Shown here: in pieces, positions 1 to 11,294 of the stretch
Position numbering within the stretch: the stretch's first letter is position 1
Layout of the letters: every line of letters starts with the position of its first letter
Origin: Balanoglossus misakiensis
Taxonomy: Eukaryota > Animalia > Hemichordata
Assembly: GCA_040954595.2 (NCBI GenBank)
Contig: JBECUI020000041.1
Span: forward strand, 1-64,000
Length of the DNA: 64,000 nucleotides
Direction: 5' to 3'
The notes under the pieces: model-generated
What the model was told of the DNA's origin: nothing
Database searches by the model: none
The model's input: the letters and a program-made list of their open reading frames with translations, nothing else
Position numbers and translations under genes: made by a program

Positions 1-2218
1 AGGTCGCGACCTGTCCCTACTCATTGATGGGTTGATTCCGCCAAGTATTGATTCTCTACTAAGAGATCCTGGTTCAAATTGCTCATTGTCCCAGGGCTTT
101 ACCTTGCTTCCCCAAAGGGCCTCGGTAATATCTTTAACTCGGCGCACTGAAACACCAGCTAAATACATTTCAACTAAGGCTTCTTCAACGGATGTTTCCC
201 GGCGTTTATAACGCTCAATAATTGCTGTTTCGAATGGAAGCCGAAGTAGGGACAGGTCGCTGCCGAAGTAAGGACAGGTCGCGACCTGTCCCTACTCTTG
301 ATGGGTTGATTCCGCCAAGTATTGATTCTCTACTAAGAGATCCTGGTTCAAATTGCTCATTGTCCCAGGGCTTTACCTTGCTTCCCCAAAGGGCCTCGGT
401 AATATCTTTAACTCGGCGCACTGAAACAGCAGCTAAATACATTTCAACTAAGGCCTCTTCAACGGATGTTTCCCGGCGTTTATAACGCTCAATAATTGCT
501 GTTTCGAATGGAAGACGAAGTAGGGACAGGTCGCGACCTGTCCCTACTCATTGATGGGTTGATTCCGCCAAGTATTGATTCTCTACTAAGAGATCCTGGT
601 TCAAATTGCTCATTGTCCCAGGGCTTTACCTTGCTTCCCCAAAGGGCCTCGGTAATATCTTTAACTCGGCGCACTGAAACACCAGCTAAATACATTTCAA
701 CTAAGGCCTCTTCAACGGATGTTTCCCGGCGTTTATAACGCTCAATAATTGCTGTTTCGAATGGAAGCCGAAGTAGGGACAGGTCGCGACCTGTCCCTAC
801 TCATTGATGGGTTGATTCCGCCAAGTATTGATTCTCTACTAAGAGATCCTGGTTCAAATTGCTCATTGTCCCAGGGCTTTACCTTGCTTCCCCAAAGGGC
901 CTCGGTAATATCTTTAACTCGGCGCACTGAAACACCAGCTAAATACATTTCAACTAAGGCCTCTTCAACGGATGTTTCCCGGCGTTTATAACGCTCAATA
1001 ATTGCTGTTTCGAATGGAAGACGAAGTAGGGACAGGTCGCGACCTGTCCCTACTCATTGATGGGTTGATTCCGCCAAGTATTGATTCTCTACTAAGAGAT
1101 CCTGGTTCAAATTGCTCATTGTCCCAGGGCTTTACCTTGCTTCCCCAAAGGGCCTCGGTAATATCTTTAACTCGGCGCACTGAAACACCAGCTAAATACA
1201 TTTCAACTAAGGCCTCTTCAACGGATGTTTCCCGCGTTTATAACGCTCAATAATTGCTGTTTCGAATGGAAGACGAAGTAGGGACAGGTCGCGACCTGTC
1301 CCTACTCATTGATGGGTTGATTCCGCCAAGTATTGATTCTCTACTAAGAGATCCTGGTTCAAATTGCTCATTGTCCCAGGGCTTTACCTTGCTTCCCCAA
1401 AGGGCCTCGGTAATATCTTTAACTCGGCGCACTGAAACACCAGCTAAATACATTTCAACTAAGGCCTCTTCAACGGATGTTTCCCGGCGTTTATAACGCT
1501 CAATAATTGCTGTTTCGAATGGAAGCCGAAGTAGGGACAGGTCGCGACCTGTCCCTACTCATTGATGGGTTGATTCCGCCAAGTATTGATTCTCTACTAA
1601 GAGATCCTGGTTCAAATTGCTCATTGTCCCAGGGCTTTACCTTGCTTCCCCAAAGGGCCTCGGTAATATCTTTAACTCGGCGCACTGAAACAGCAGCTAA
1701 ATACATTTCAACTAAGGCTTCTTCAACGGATGTTTCCCGGCGTTTATAACGCTCAATAATTGCTGTTTCGAATGGAAGCCGAAGTAAGGACAGGTCGCGA
1801 CCTGTCCCTACTCATTGATGAGTTGATTCCGCCAAGTATTGATTCTCTACTAAGAGATCCTGGTTCAAATTGCTCATTGTCCCAGGGCTTTACCTTGCTT
1901 CCCCAAAGGGCCTCGGTAATATCTTTAACTCGGCGCACTGAAACAGCAGCTAAATACATTTCAACTAAGGCCTCTTCAACGGATGTTTCCCGGCGTTTAT
2001 AACGCTCAATAATTGCTGTTTCGAATGGAAGCCGAAGTAGGGACAGGTCGCGACCTGTCCCTACTCATTGATGAGTTGATTCCGCCAAGTATTGATTCTC
2101 TACTAAGAGATCCTGGTTCAAATTGCTCATTGTCCCAGAGCTTTACCTTGCTTCCCCAAAGGGCCTCGGTAATATCTTTAACTCGGCGCACTGAAACACC
2201 AGCTAAATACATTTCAAC
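1..2218. repeat. Tandem array of about 9 x 253-bp units (one 274 bp, one 252 bp; open at window start). Each unit is an internal IS256 transposase fragment plus the palindrome GTAGGGACAGGTCGCGACCTGTCCCTAC
   Basis: Palindrome starts at about 268, 520, 773, 1026, 1278, 1531, 1784 and 2037 (partial at 1-20; GTAAGG variant at 268 and 1784). Minus strand reads LPFETAIIERYKRRETSVEEALVEMYLAGVSVRRVKDITEALWG, matching the IS copies at 26161 and 41504. Confidence 0.97.
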
Positions 2219-2278
2219 ATTGGAGGACATTTTTTTTCAATGCCTTTTTAGAATCTGCGCAATTTTTTAAACACTACC
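2213..2278 (-). mobile_element. IS256-family terminal segment (end upstream of tnp) closing array 1
   Basis: ...GCGCAATTTTTTAAACACTACC matches the ends at 27481 and 42826; joined to the array through TCAAC microhomology. Confidence 0.9.
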
Positions 2279-2466
2279 CTACCCGAATGTGGATTATCCA
2301 AACCATGCTCCATCTTTACTAAGGGGGCCTGGAGCCGGTTTGGTTCAAGAAAGAGGAGGCTGCTCTGAACCATTGAAAAAGCCTGACCAGCAAGGGGAAT
2401 CAAAGCTTCCTGCTTAATTAACGGTGAAAGAAGAGCAGGCGCCGAGAGTGGAACCCTCACTTGAGT

Positions 2467-4301
2467 TCAGGCTCCTTCAGGTAAAACCCGAACAGCTCCT
2501 TTATCGGCGCTGGAGGCCATGAAGGCATAGGCTCGCAGGGCTTCGGAGACCTTCCCGCTCCCTGTTTGGCTTATAGGCAGCGCTGCCCTTGGGCCAGTTC
2601 CTCCCTGCGCCTGGCCTCCAGAACGGAGTCGGACAGTCGAACATCCAGGCTACGGCGGGGAATGTCAATATCAATCACATCACCATCCCGCAGCAGGGCC
2701 AGATTTCCCCCGGAGGCGGCTTCGGGAGAGGCATGGCCCAACGACAACCCCGAAGTTCCTCCGGAGAATCGCCCATCAGTAAGAAGAGCACAGGATTTAC
2801 CCAGACCCATAGACTTCAGATAGCTGGTGGGATAAAGCATTTCCTGCATTCCCGGCCCTCCTTTGGGACCTTCATAACGGATAAGTACCACATCGCCAGC
2901 ACGTATTTTTCCCTTCAAAATGGCCTGACATGCCGCATTCTGAGAATCAAAAACCCGGGCAGTTCCACTGAACTTAAGGAGAGAAGGATCAACTCCCGCC
3001 GTTTTACAACCGTACCATTGGGAGCCAGGCGCCCCCGAAGCACCGCCCAGTCCTCCATCAGCAGAATAGGCATGATCAACACTCCGGATACAGCCGCTTT
3101 TTCGGTCCAGGTCCGCCTTCTCATGCTGCTCGTCCTGACTGCCCATTACCAAATTCCGTCTTCCTCCAGGGGCCGAGAGATAAAGCTTCCAGGCTTCGTC
3201 TTTGCAGGTTGACGACAGCAGATCATAATCTTCAAAAGCCTGAGAGAGATGCGGGTAATCCACCCTTGCTACCCGAGGGTCAATGAGCCCCGCCCGATTC
3301 AGCTCGGCCATAATTCCCAAAATACCCCCCGCCCGGCCCACATCTTCCACATGGTAGAGGGAACTGGGGGCCACCTTGCAAAGGCAGGGAATTTGTCGGC
3401 TCAGGCGGTCAATATCGGCTAGGGTAAAATCCACTTGTCCCGTATGAGCAGCAGCCAGAATATGCAAAATTGTATTGGTGGAACCGCCCATGGCAATGTC
3501 TAGGGCCATGGCATTCTCAAAGGCTGCCTTGGTGGCAATACCCCGAGGAGTCACCCTATCCTCTCCCCTCCCGTAAAAACGTTCGGTGAGTTCAACAATG
3601 CGGTCTGCCGCCCGGTCAAACAGCCGGGCTCTCTCCACATGGGTGGCCAGTACGGTGCCGTTTCCTGGAAGTCCCAGACCTAGAGCCTCCACCAGTCCAT
3701 TCATGGAATTGGCTGTGAACATGCCGCTACAGGAACCACAGGTGGGACAGGCGGCATTCTCCACCCTAGCCAGTTCATCTTCACTGACCTTTTTATCCCC
3801 CCCCATCACCATGACATCCACAAGGTCTAAGCGCTTGTCTCCCAGTCTGCCGGCTTCCATGGGACCCCCGGAGACAAAGACGGTGGGAATGTCTAGACGC
3901 ATGGCGGCCAGGAGCATTCCCGGGGTTATTTTATCGCAGTTGGAAATACAGACCAGGGCATCGGCCCGATGGGCATTGACCATGTATTCCACGCTGTCGG
4001 CAATCAACTCCCGAGAAGGAAGGGAATACAGCATCCCATCGTGCCCCATGGCAATGCCGTCGTCCACGGCAATGGTGTTAAACTCGGCGGCGAAAAGTCC
4101 CTTTTCTTCTATCCGCTTCTTGATCCTCTGCCCTACCCCATGCAGGTGGACATGCCCAGGAACAAACTGGGTAAAAGAGTTTGCAATGGCAATGACTGGT
4201 TTGGTCATCTGCGCATCGGTCATTCCTGCCGCCCGCCAGAGGGATCGAGCCCCAGCCATTAGCCGGCCCTGTCTGTTTGTCGCACTACGCAATTCTCTCA
4301 T
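2467..4301 (-). CDS. ilvD: Dihydroxy-acid dehydratase (apparent frameshifts near 3010-3050 and 2575)
   Basis: [57 protein letters not shown]; C-terminus SADKGAVR in another frame ending at 2467. Confidence 0.93.
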
Positions 4302-4986
4302 GACAAAAGTTCCTTAAATAATCGTCTAGCTTGGAATTTTCTCGCCTTATGGCAAGAAAGGCCACCGGGGGAATACCCCACCCCTATAAAAAAACAAATT
4401 CCCGTTAAAATCAATATGCTATCCCTTTTTAAAAGAACTTAAGGAAATCGATATATGTTGAATCTCTATAGAAGATCTCCAGGTTCTCGTCCTTTATAGT
4501 ACAATAATGTCAAAAAATAAAATTACGGTGACCATGGGATTGTTTAAATGAACCAGCCGCTAACTTAGCTAAAAGAGGAAGGAAGGAGCGGACTCACATG
4601 ATGCATCTGGCCAGCTCTGATGAAGTTCAACAGTGTTCCATTATGCTTCAACGGCATAAAAGCACAGATGAAAAATGATCTGCTAAGCAAGGCAGGTATA
4701 GAACTATTGCCAAATCAGCAAAACACTTATCTGCTGGAGGCCTAGAAGAATTCAAGAAAATTATTAATATCCAGAGGCATGAGGGGCAAGGAGTTCCGAA
4801 ACTCCCCCGACCTTGACGGCAAAGAATTCAAGGACCTATACGCGGCAGTCCAAGAAAGAGACTATGCTGCAAGCAACATGAAAACCAGCAATGAATCGAT
4901 TTCAACGGAAATAGGGTGAGAAATAGGTGTAAAAATTACCGTAGCCTTGTTAACTTATCCATTAATGTTGTTTTATTGCTTATACT

Positions 4987-5858
4987 ATGTCCATGATTTC
5001 TGCAAACTACCATACCCACTGTAATTTTTGTGATGGTCAGGATGCCCCGGAGGCCTATGTACGTTCCGCCATAGAAAAAGGGTTTAAAGCTCTGGGCTTC
5101 TCCTCCCACGCTCCCCTGCCCATTGACAGCGACTGGACTCTCAGTCCCCAGGTACTACCAGCCTATCTGGCCGAAATAGAACGTCTTAAGAATGTCTACG
5201 CCGGAAAGATTCAGCTGTACAAGGCTCTGGAAATCGACTACATTCCCGGTTCCCAAAGCCCCGGGGATAAAAAGTACGATGCCCTGGCTCTCGATTATCG
5301 CATTGGTTCTGTTCACACGACGGCAGGCCTGGAGAGAAATCCCCAGTACTGCTGCATAGATGGCCCCCAAAAGCGACTGCACTGGCTTCTTGAAAAAATC
5401 CACGGAGGAAGTTTCCAAAAACTCTGCGGGGAATACTATTCCCGGGTTGCTGAACTGATCTCCCAGGGAGGATTTTCTATTTTGGGGCATTTAGACCTGG
5501 TAAAAAAGTATAACCGCGGCAATCTTTACTTCTCGGAAGAAGCCCCTGGTACCGCCGGATGCTCCGGAGGATACTGGAACTCTTACCGGGGCGGGGGGTG
5601 ATTCTGGAACTGAATTCTGGAGGCATTGCCCGGGGAGTTCTGGACCAGATATATCCATCTCCCTGGATACTCACCGAGGCCAGAAAGCTGGATATTCCGG
5701 TAATGCTCAACAGCGATGCCCATCGTCCGGAGGATGTCGGCTTTTACTTTTCTGAGATGGAGACTATCCTAAAGGACACTGGTTATACTGAAGTTTGGGC
5801 ATTTTTGGATGGAAGCTGGAATAAACTGCAATCCAGGCTTCTTAAACCTTTTTATTGA
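4987..5858 (+). CDS. Histidinol-phosphatase, HisJ/PHP family (frameshift near 5545)
   Basis: YHTHCNFCDG, GFSSHAP, IGSVH, GHLDL, ELNSG, NSDAH across two ORFs. Confidence 0.85.
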
Positions 5859-5885
5859 GAATTATTGTCCACTAAGGAGTTCAAA

Positions 5886-8512
5886 ATGACCCGTAGGATG
5901 CCCTGGCCTTTCCTCGTATTGAGCATAGTTTTTTCTCTGTTGCTGCTTGTTTTTCTTATGACCTTCTGGTTTATCCGCAGACCTTTCCCCAAAGTACGCG
6001 GGCAGATGGAAGTGGAGGGCCTTAGTCAAAGTGCCGAAATTTTCCGTGATGAAAATGGGGTGGTTCATATCTGGGCCAAGAATTCCCATGACCTTTATTT
6101 TTCTCAAGGCTATGCCCATGCCCAAGATCGTTTCTGGCAAATGGAATTCTGGCGGCGCATCAGTCAAGGAAGGCTCAGCGAATGGTTGGGAGAAGATCTT
6201 ATAGAAGCAGATAAATGGCTGCGGTCCGTAGGCTTTTTCCGAACGGCAGAGAAACAATACAGCCTGACCAAGGAACCCTACCGCAGCTGGCTTGAAGCCT
6301 ACGCAGCCGGGGTAAACGCCTACATACTTTCCCGAAAACCTTCCCGTTTGGGGTTGGAATTTGCCTTGCTTGAGCTTTCTGGGGTCAAGATAGAGATTGA
6401 ACCCTGGGAACCGACCCACAGCCTTGCCTGGGGTAATGTTATGGGAGGCACTTTGGGAGGGAATCTTTCTGATGAACTGCGGAATCTTGTCTTGCTTCGT
6501 TCAGTGGGAAGAAAGCTCCTGCGTTCCTTTGTAAGACCCTACCGTAAGGACATGCCGGTAGTTGTCCAGGCTCGGGAGTTGGAACTTTTTCGCCAGGCTT
6601 TGGGAATCCCTCTGTTTGACCCAACATCTTCAACAAGCAACCTTCCCGAAGCTCAAAGCGGGGGAAGCGCCATAGGATCGAATAACTGGGTGATTTCTCC
6701 TCAACTCAGTGCTACCGAAGGGGCGCTCCTGGCCAACGACATGCATCTTGCCGTACAAATACCCTCCATCTGGCATGAGATATCCCTGCACCTGGTCCCC
6801 TCAGAGGAAAGCGAAGAGCCCATGGATCTCCGCGGCTTCCAGTTTCCCGGGGCCCCAGGACTGGTAGGTGGACAAAATGCCTTCTTTGCCTGGGGGCATA
6901 CCAACCTGGGGGGCGATGTACAAGACCTTTACATAGAAAAAATCAATCCAGACAATCCTGATCTTTACCTTGTGGGAGACCAATGGGTCCCCATGACCAT
7001 TCTTACCGAAGAGATTTTGGTTCATGGTAGGGAGGAGCCGGTAGTTCATCGTCTCCGCTTTACCCGGAATGGACCCTTAATCACCGATCTGGCCAGTTAC
7101 AGGGAGTGGAGCTCCTTTCTTTATGATGGCAGCGGAGACAAGCTGGACAACCTGCTGCCTACCGGTCTTGCTTATAACTGGACAGGGATGAAGGAGAACC
7201 GGATTCTCGAATCTCTTTTTGACATTAACAGGGCAACAAACTTTGTTGAATTCCGCGAGGCATTGAGAAAGTGGGGAGGACCGGGACAGAATGTGGTCTA
7301 CGCCGATAAAGAGGGAAACATTGCTTATCAGGCCACTGGTACATACCCTATCAGACTCTCCCACCTGGGGCAGGGACCCGTTCCTGGCTGGGATGATGAC
7401 TTCCTTTGGAAGGGAAGCATTCCCTTTGACCAGCTTCCAGGTGCCTTCAATCCTCCCAAGGGTTATATTGTATCGGCCAACAATGTTGTCACCAATGGCA
7501 ACTATCCCCATTTCCTGGGGATGGAATTTTCCAACGGTTACCGAGCCCGGCAGATTGCTGGGCGTATTGAAGAGTTTGGCGGCAATATAGGTCCAAGGGA
7601 AATAGCCTCCATTCACGGTGATGTCTATAGCCGGAATGCCGAAGAGACCCTGCCGTATTTTATTGCCATTGACATGGACCTGGCCATAGATTCCTGGTGG
7701 GAGAAAAAAGTAGATAAGTCCCTTGATACCTTAAGTCGCCGGCTTCAGAAAAAACAGGCAAAGGAGAAAAAGAAAGAAAGTAACTTCCTGAACAAGACCA
7801 AGGAGGTTCTACTTCAGTGGGATAGACGATTAAGCACGGATAGTGCAGGAGCCGTAGCCTATGCTTTTGTTTGGAAAAGGCTTCTGGAAGAAACTTTTTC
7901 CGACAATCTTCCTGATGATTTATGGCCTCCTTCCTGGCATGACCAGGCGGAAAATACCTTCTACTATCTCTTGATGACCCTGAAAACTCCTGGTGGGACG
8001 ATCTGAAGACTCCCACGATTACCGAAACCCGAGACGATATTCTCAAGCGGGTTATTGTGGGGGGATTCCTGGATGCCAGGGAGACTCTGGGGAAGAACCA
8101 CCAACGCTGGAGCTGGGGAGAGGTGCACAAGGTGAGCTTTCAACATGCAACCCTGGGATCTTCAGGGAAATGGATTCTGGAAAAGATTTTTAATCGAGGC
8201 CCATTCCCGGCCCCGGGAGGTATTTCCCAGGTCAACGCCTTTTTCTGGGACCTGGATGTGCCTTTTGCTGTGCGTAGCATTCCATCGGAGCGGGCCATTT
8301 ATGACCCGAACAATCCTTCTAACAGTCTTTTCATCCATGCCCCTGGACAGAGCGGTCATCCCTTTCATAGACATTACCACGACCTTATTGACCCCTGGTT
8401 GTCGGTGGAATATCACCCTGCCCGATGGACTCGAGAAGAAGTAGAGGAATCAGCAGCCCGGCGGCGCTTGCTCCTGCTCCCCAGGACAAAGGCCCGCCAA
8501 CGGCAAGGTTGA
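5886..8512 (+). CDS. Penicillin acylase / Ntn-hydrolase family protein (frameshift near 7975)
   Basis: N-terminal TM segment, GYAHAQDRFWQME, GSNNW nucleophile, ANDMHL, C-terminal GQSGHPFHRHY; AAGGAG RBS before ATG 5886. Confidence 0.88.
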
Positions 8513-8534
8513 TAGAAGAACCCGATAACCGACC

Positions 8535-9806
8535 TCAGGGGCGTATGCGTTTGCGGTCCCGAGGGAAGGGGGAGGCTTCTTTAACATTCTGCAGGCCCAG
8601 GATTTGCTGGGTGAGGCGCTCAAAGCCAACGGCAAAACCTCCGTGAGGTGGACAGCCGTATTTGAAAATTTCAAAATAATCTTCCAGCCCTGTTTCATCC
8701 AAACCAAAGGCCTGGACCGAAGCACGTAGTTCCTCATAATCATGGAACCGCTGCCCCCCGGTAGTTATTTCCAGACCCCGGAAAAGAAGATCGAAACTTC
8801 TGGAGCCCTTGCCCTGCGGATGGGTATAGAAGGGACGTTTGCGCCGGGGATAGTCGTAGATGAAAACCAGGTCGGTCTTATGTTCTTCTACCGCCCATTT
8901 CCAGAGTATTTTTTCGGCATGAGGGGTTAAATCATGCATGGTGGTGTTGGTCTGCTGCTTGAATAATTGCCGGGCCTTATTGTAGCTAATCCGGGGGGCA
9001 GCTTCAATCTGCTTCCGGCTTGGCACCGTGGCCCCCCACGCATCTAAAATCTTCTGGCCTCGTTCCTGAACTCCTTCAAAGATGCTGCACAGCAGGCCAA
9101 CTTCAAGATCCATGAGATCTTGTTCACTGTCAATGTAAGCCATTTCGATGTCCATGGAGACATATTCATTGAGATGCCGGGGAGTTTCGTGCTTTTCGGC
9201 CCTATAGGCATGAGCAATTTCAAAAACACGCTCAAGGCCACTGGCCACCATGGCCTGCTTGTAGAATTGAGGGGACTGGGCAAGATAGACCTTCTTGCCA
9301 AAGTAATCTACAGAAAACAGTCCCGTGCCGCCTTCGGTTTCCGTACCAATGAGTTTGCTGGTTTTGATCTCGACGAAATCCAGAGAGCGCAGGTAAGAGG
9401 AAAAGCATTCCAGAATAATGGACTCAAGCCGGAATATATCGCAGAGCTTGGGGATGCGCAAGCTGAGATTGCGATGATCGAGTATGGTATCCAAGCCCAG
9501 CTTCTCAGGGTCTTGATTGATGGTTATGGGCAGGTCTTCCTTCGACTCTGACAGGGTTTCCAAGGTCTCTGCCTTCAGCTCAAAACCCCCGGGGGCCCGG
9601 TCGTTGGACAGTACAGTCCCCCGAACTCTGACCACCGATTCTTTAGGTGGATAGGAAAGACCATCGCAGACTATCTGCGCCATGCCGCTGCGATCACGGA
9701 TAATAAGAAAACTAAGGGCACCGAATTCACGTATGCGGTGAATCCAACCGCAGAGCTCTACACTGCTGTCTTTATGGTGTTGAATGTCCCGAGCTAGTAC
9801 ACGCAT
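8535..9806 (-). CDS. aspS: Non-discriminating aspartate--tRNA(Asp/Asn) ligase, short type
   Basis: LAQSPQFYKQ, YRAEKHETPRHLNE, GCPPHGGFAVGFERL, FPRD; in operon with gatCAB. Confidence 0.9.
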   Translation of the reverse strand: MRVLARDIQHHKDSSVELCGWIHRIREFGALSFLIIRDRSGMAQIVCDGLSYPPKESVVRVRGTVLSNDRAPGGFELKAETLETLSESKEDLPITINQDPEKLGLDTILDHRNLSLRIPKLCDIFRLESIILECFSSYLRSLDFVEIKTSKLIGTETEGGTGLFSVDYFGKKVYLAQSPQFYKQAMVASGLERVFEIAHAYRAEKHETPRHLNEYVSMDIEMAYIDSEQDLMDLEVGLLCSIFEGVQERGQKILDAWGATVPSRKQIEAAPRISYNKARQLFKQQTNTTMHDLTPHAEKILWKWAVEEHKTDLVFIYDYPRRKRPFYTHPQGKGSRSFDLLFRGLEITTGGQRFHDYEELRASVQAFGLDETGLEDYFEIFKYGCPPHGGFAVGFERLTQQILGLQNVKEASPFPRDRKRIRP

Positions 9807-9815
9807 GAAGAGAGC

Positions 9816-11294
9816 TTAATCTTTTTTTTCTTGAGTTTCTAGTTGCCGACGCAAAATATCTGAGACAAGCCGGGGATCGGCACTGTTTTGGCTCCTCTTC
9901 ATTACCTGTCCCATAAGAAAGGAGAGCTTGCGGTTAGCCGCGGCTTCTGACTGAATAAAGTCCTGATGTTCTTCCAGCACTTCTTCGACCATAGACTGCA
10001 GAAGGGTGGGATCGGAAAGAGATTCCCAGCCCTGTTCCCGCATAATCTGCTTCGGCCCCTTATCTTCAATAAATATCCGCTCCAGAATGTCCTTGGCCAT
10101 CCTACCATGAATCTTCCCTTCTTCCAGCATGCCCAACAATTCTAAGGCCCGGTCAATTCCCAGGGGGCTTTGGTCGAGTTGGACATGATGATGCCGGAGT
10201 TGCTGGCGGATGTCAAAGTTAAGCCAGTTAGCAGCGCGTTTTGCCTCTATCCCACCATTAACCAGTCCCTCAAAAAAACTGGCGAGAGCCTTATCGCTAC
10301 AAAGGAAATCAACCGTTTTTTCAGGAAGCGAGAAGCTTTGCTTCAGGCGCTCCTTCCTTTCCCTGGGGCCTTCTATCATGGCCTGCTGGACCTGCTTAAA
10401 GAAAACTTCATCGGGGTGGAAGGAAGGTATGTCCGGTTCACGAAAGTAACGGTAATCCTGGGAGCTTTCCTTCATCCTCAGTTCTTCTGTTCTGTCTCTA
10501 TTTTCGTTCCACTGCCGCGTATGCCGGTGTATGCTGCCCCCAGAGTCAAGAATTTTGCTTTGCCTGGCAATTTCATATTCCAGAGCCCGACGGATAAAGC
10601 GTGGACTGTTGAGGTTCTTTACCTCGACCCGATAGTCCGGCAGGGCCTCATCGGGACTGACAGAAACATTAGCATCGCAGCGCATGGAGCCACTTTCCAT
10701 GTTGCCATCACAGACTTCCAGGTAGCGCACAAGGCGCTGTAACTGCCGAAGCATGGCCTCCGCCTCTGCACCGCTGCGCAAATCTGGCTCGCTAACAATC
10801 TCCAGCAGAGGGGTACCGCTGCGGTTGTAGTCACAAAGCGTTGAGCTGCTTAAGTGGATCAGCTTGCCGGCGTCCTCTTCTAAGTGGACTTCCCGAATGC
10901 GGACAACTTTTTCTTGTAAGCTCTCTTGTTCCTGGTCTGGGCTCTCCAGGCGAAAACGGCCATGGGAGCCTATGGGAGCGGCAAACTGGCTTATCTGGTA
11001 ATTCTTTGGAAGATCCGGATAAAAATAATTTTTTCGCTCCAGAGATATTTGCTTTGCCAGGGTACAGTCCAGGGTCTGGGCCACCACATAAGATAAAAAC
11101 ACCGCATGCCGGTTGAGCACGGGCAGGGTTCCCGGGTAGCCCAAACAGACGGGGCAGACATTGCTGTTAGGTTCGTCGCCGAAGTGATTCTGGCAAGAAC
11201 AGAATATTTTTGTTTGAGTCTGGAGCTGTATATGAATTTCAAGTCCGATAAATATGGGCATTCTCGTTACTTTTTCTTCTGCTTCTGAATCCAC
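9816..11294 (-). CDS. gatB: Asp/Glu-tRNA amidotransferase subunit B
   Basis: IGLEIH, CPVCLGYPG, RKNYFYPDLPKNYQISQ, HLEEDAGK, EVKNLNS, DYRYF. Confidence 0.95.
   Translation of the reverse strand: MDSEAEEKVTRMPIFIGLEIHIQLQTQTKIFCSCQNHFGDEPNSNVCPVCLGYPGTLPVLNRHAVFLSYVVAQTLDCTLAKQISLERKNYFYPDLPKNYQISQFAAPIGSHGRFRLESPDQEQESLQEKVVRIREVHLEEDAGKLIHLSSSTLCDYNRSGTPLLEIVSEPDLRSGAEAEAMLRQLQRLVRYLEVCDGNMESGSMRCDANVSVSPDEALPDYRVEVKNLNSPRFIRRALEYEIARQSKILDSGGSIHRHTRQWNENRDRTEELRMKESSQDYRYFREPDIPSFHPDEVFFKQVQQAMIEGPRERKERLKQSFSLPEKTVDFLCSDKALASFFEGLVNGGIEAKRAANWLNFDIRQQLRHHHVQLDQSPLGIDRALELLGMLEEGKIHGRMAKDILERIFIEDKGPKQIMREQGWESLSDPTLLQSMVEEVLEEHQDFIQSEAAANRKLSFLMGQVMKRSQNSADPRLVSDILRRQLETQEKKD

Noticed and set aside
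1-2218. CRISPR array (28-bp palindromic repeat at regular spacing; also 53423-54496)
   Set aside because: The intervening sequences are near-identical, about 100-225 bp long and IS-derived; no cas genes are present.
215-2270. Repeated 68-87 aa ORFs on both strands as a peptide gene family
   Set aside because: They are partial or antisense readings of the transposase fragment.
4450-4920. Possible gene between ilvD and the PHP phosphatase
   Set aside because: Only short broken frames with no recognisable motif.
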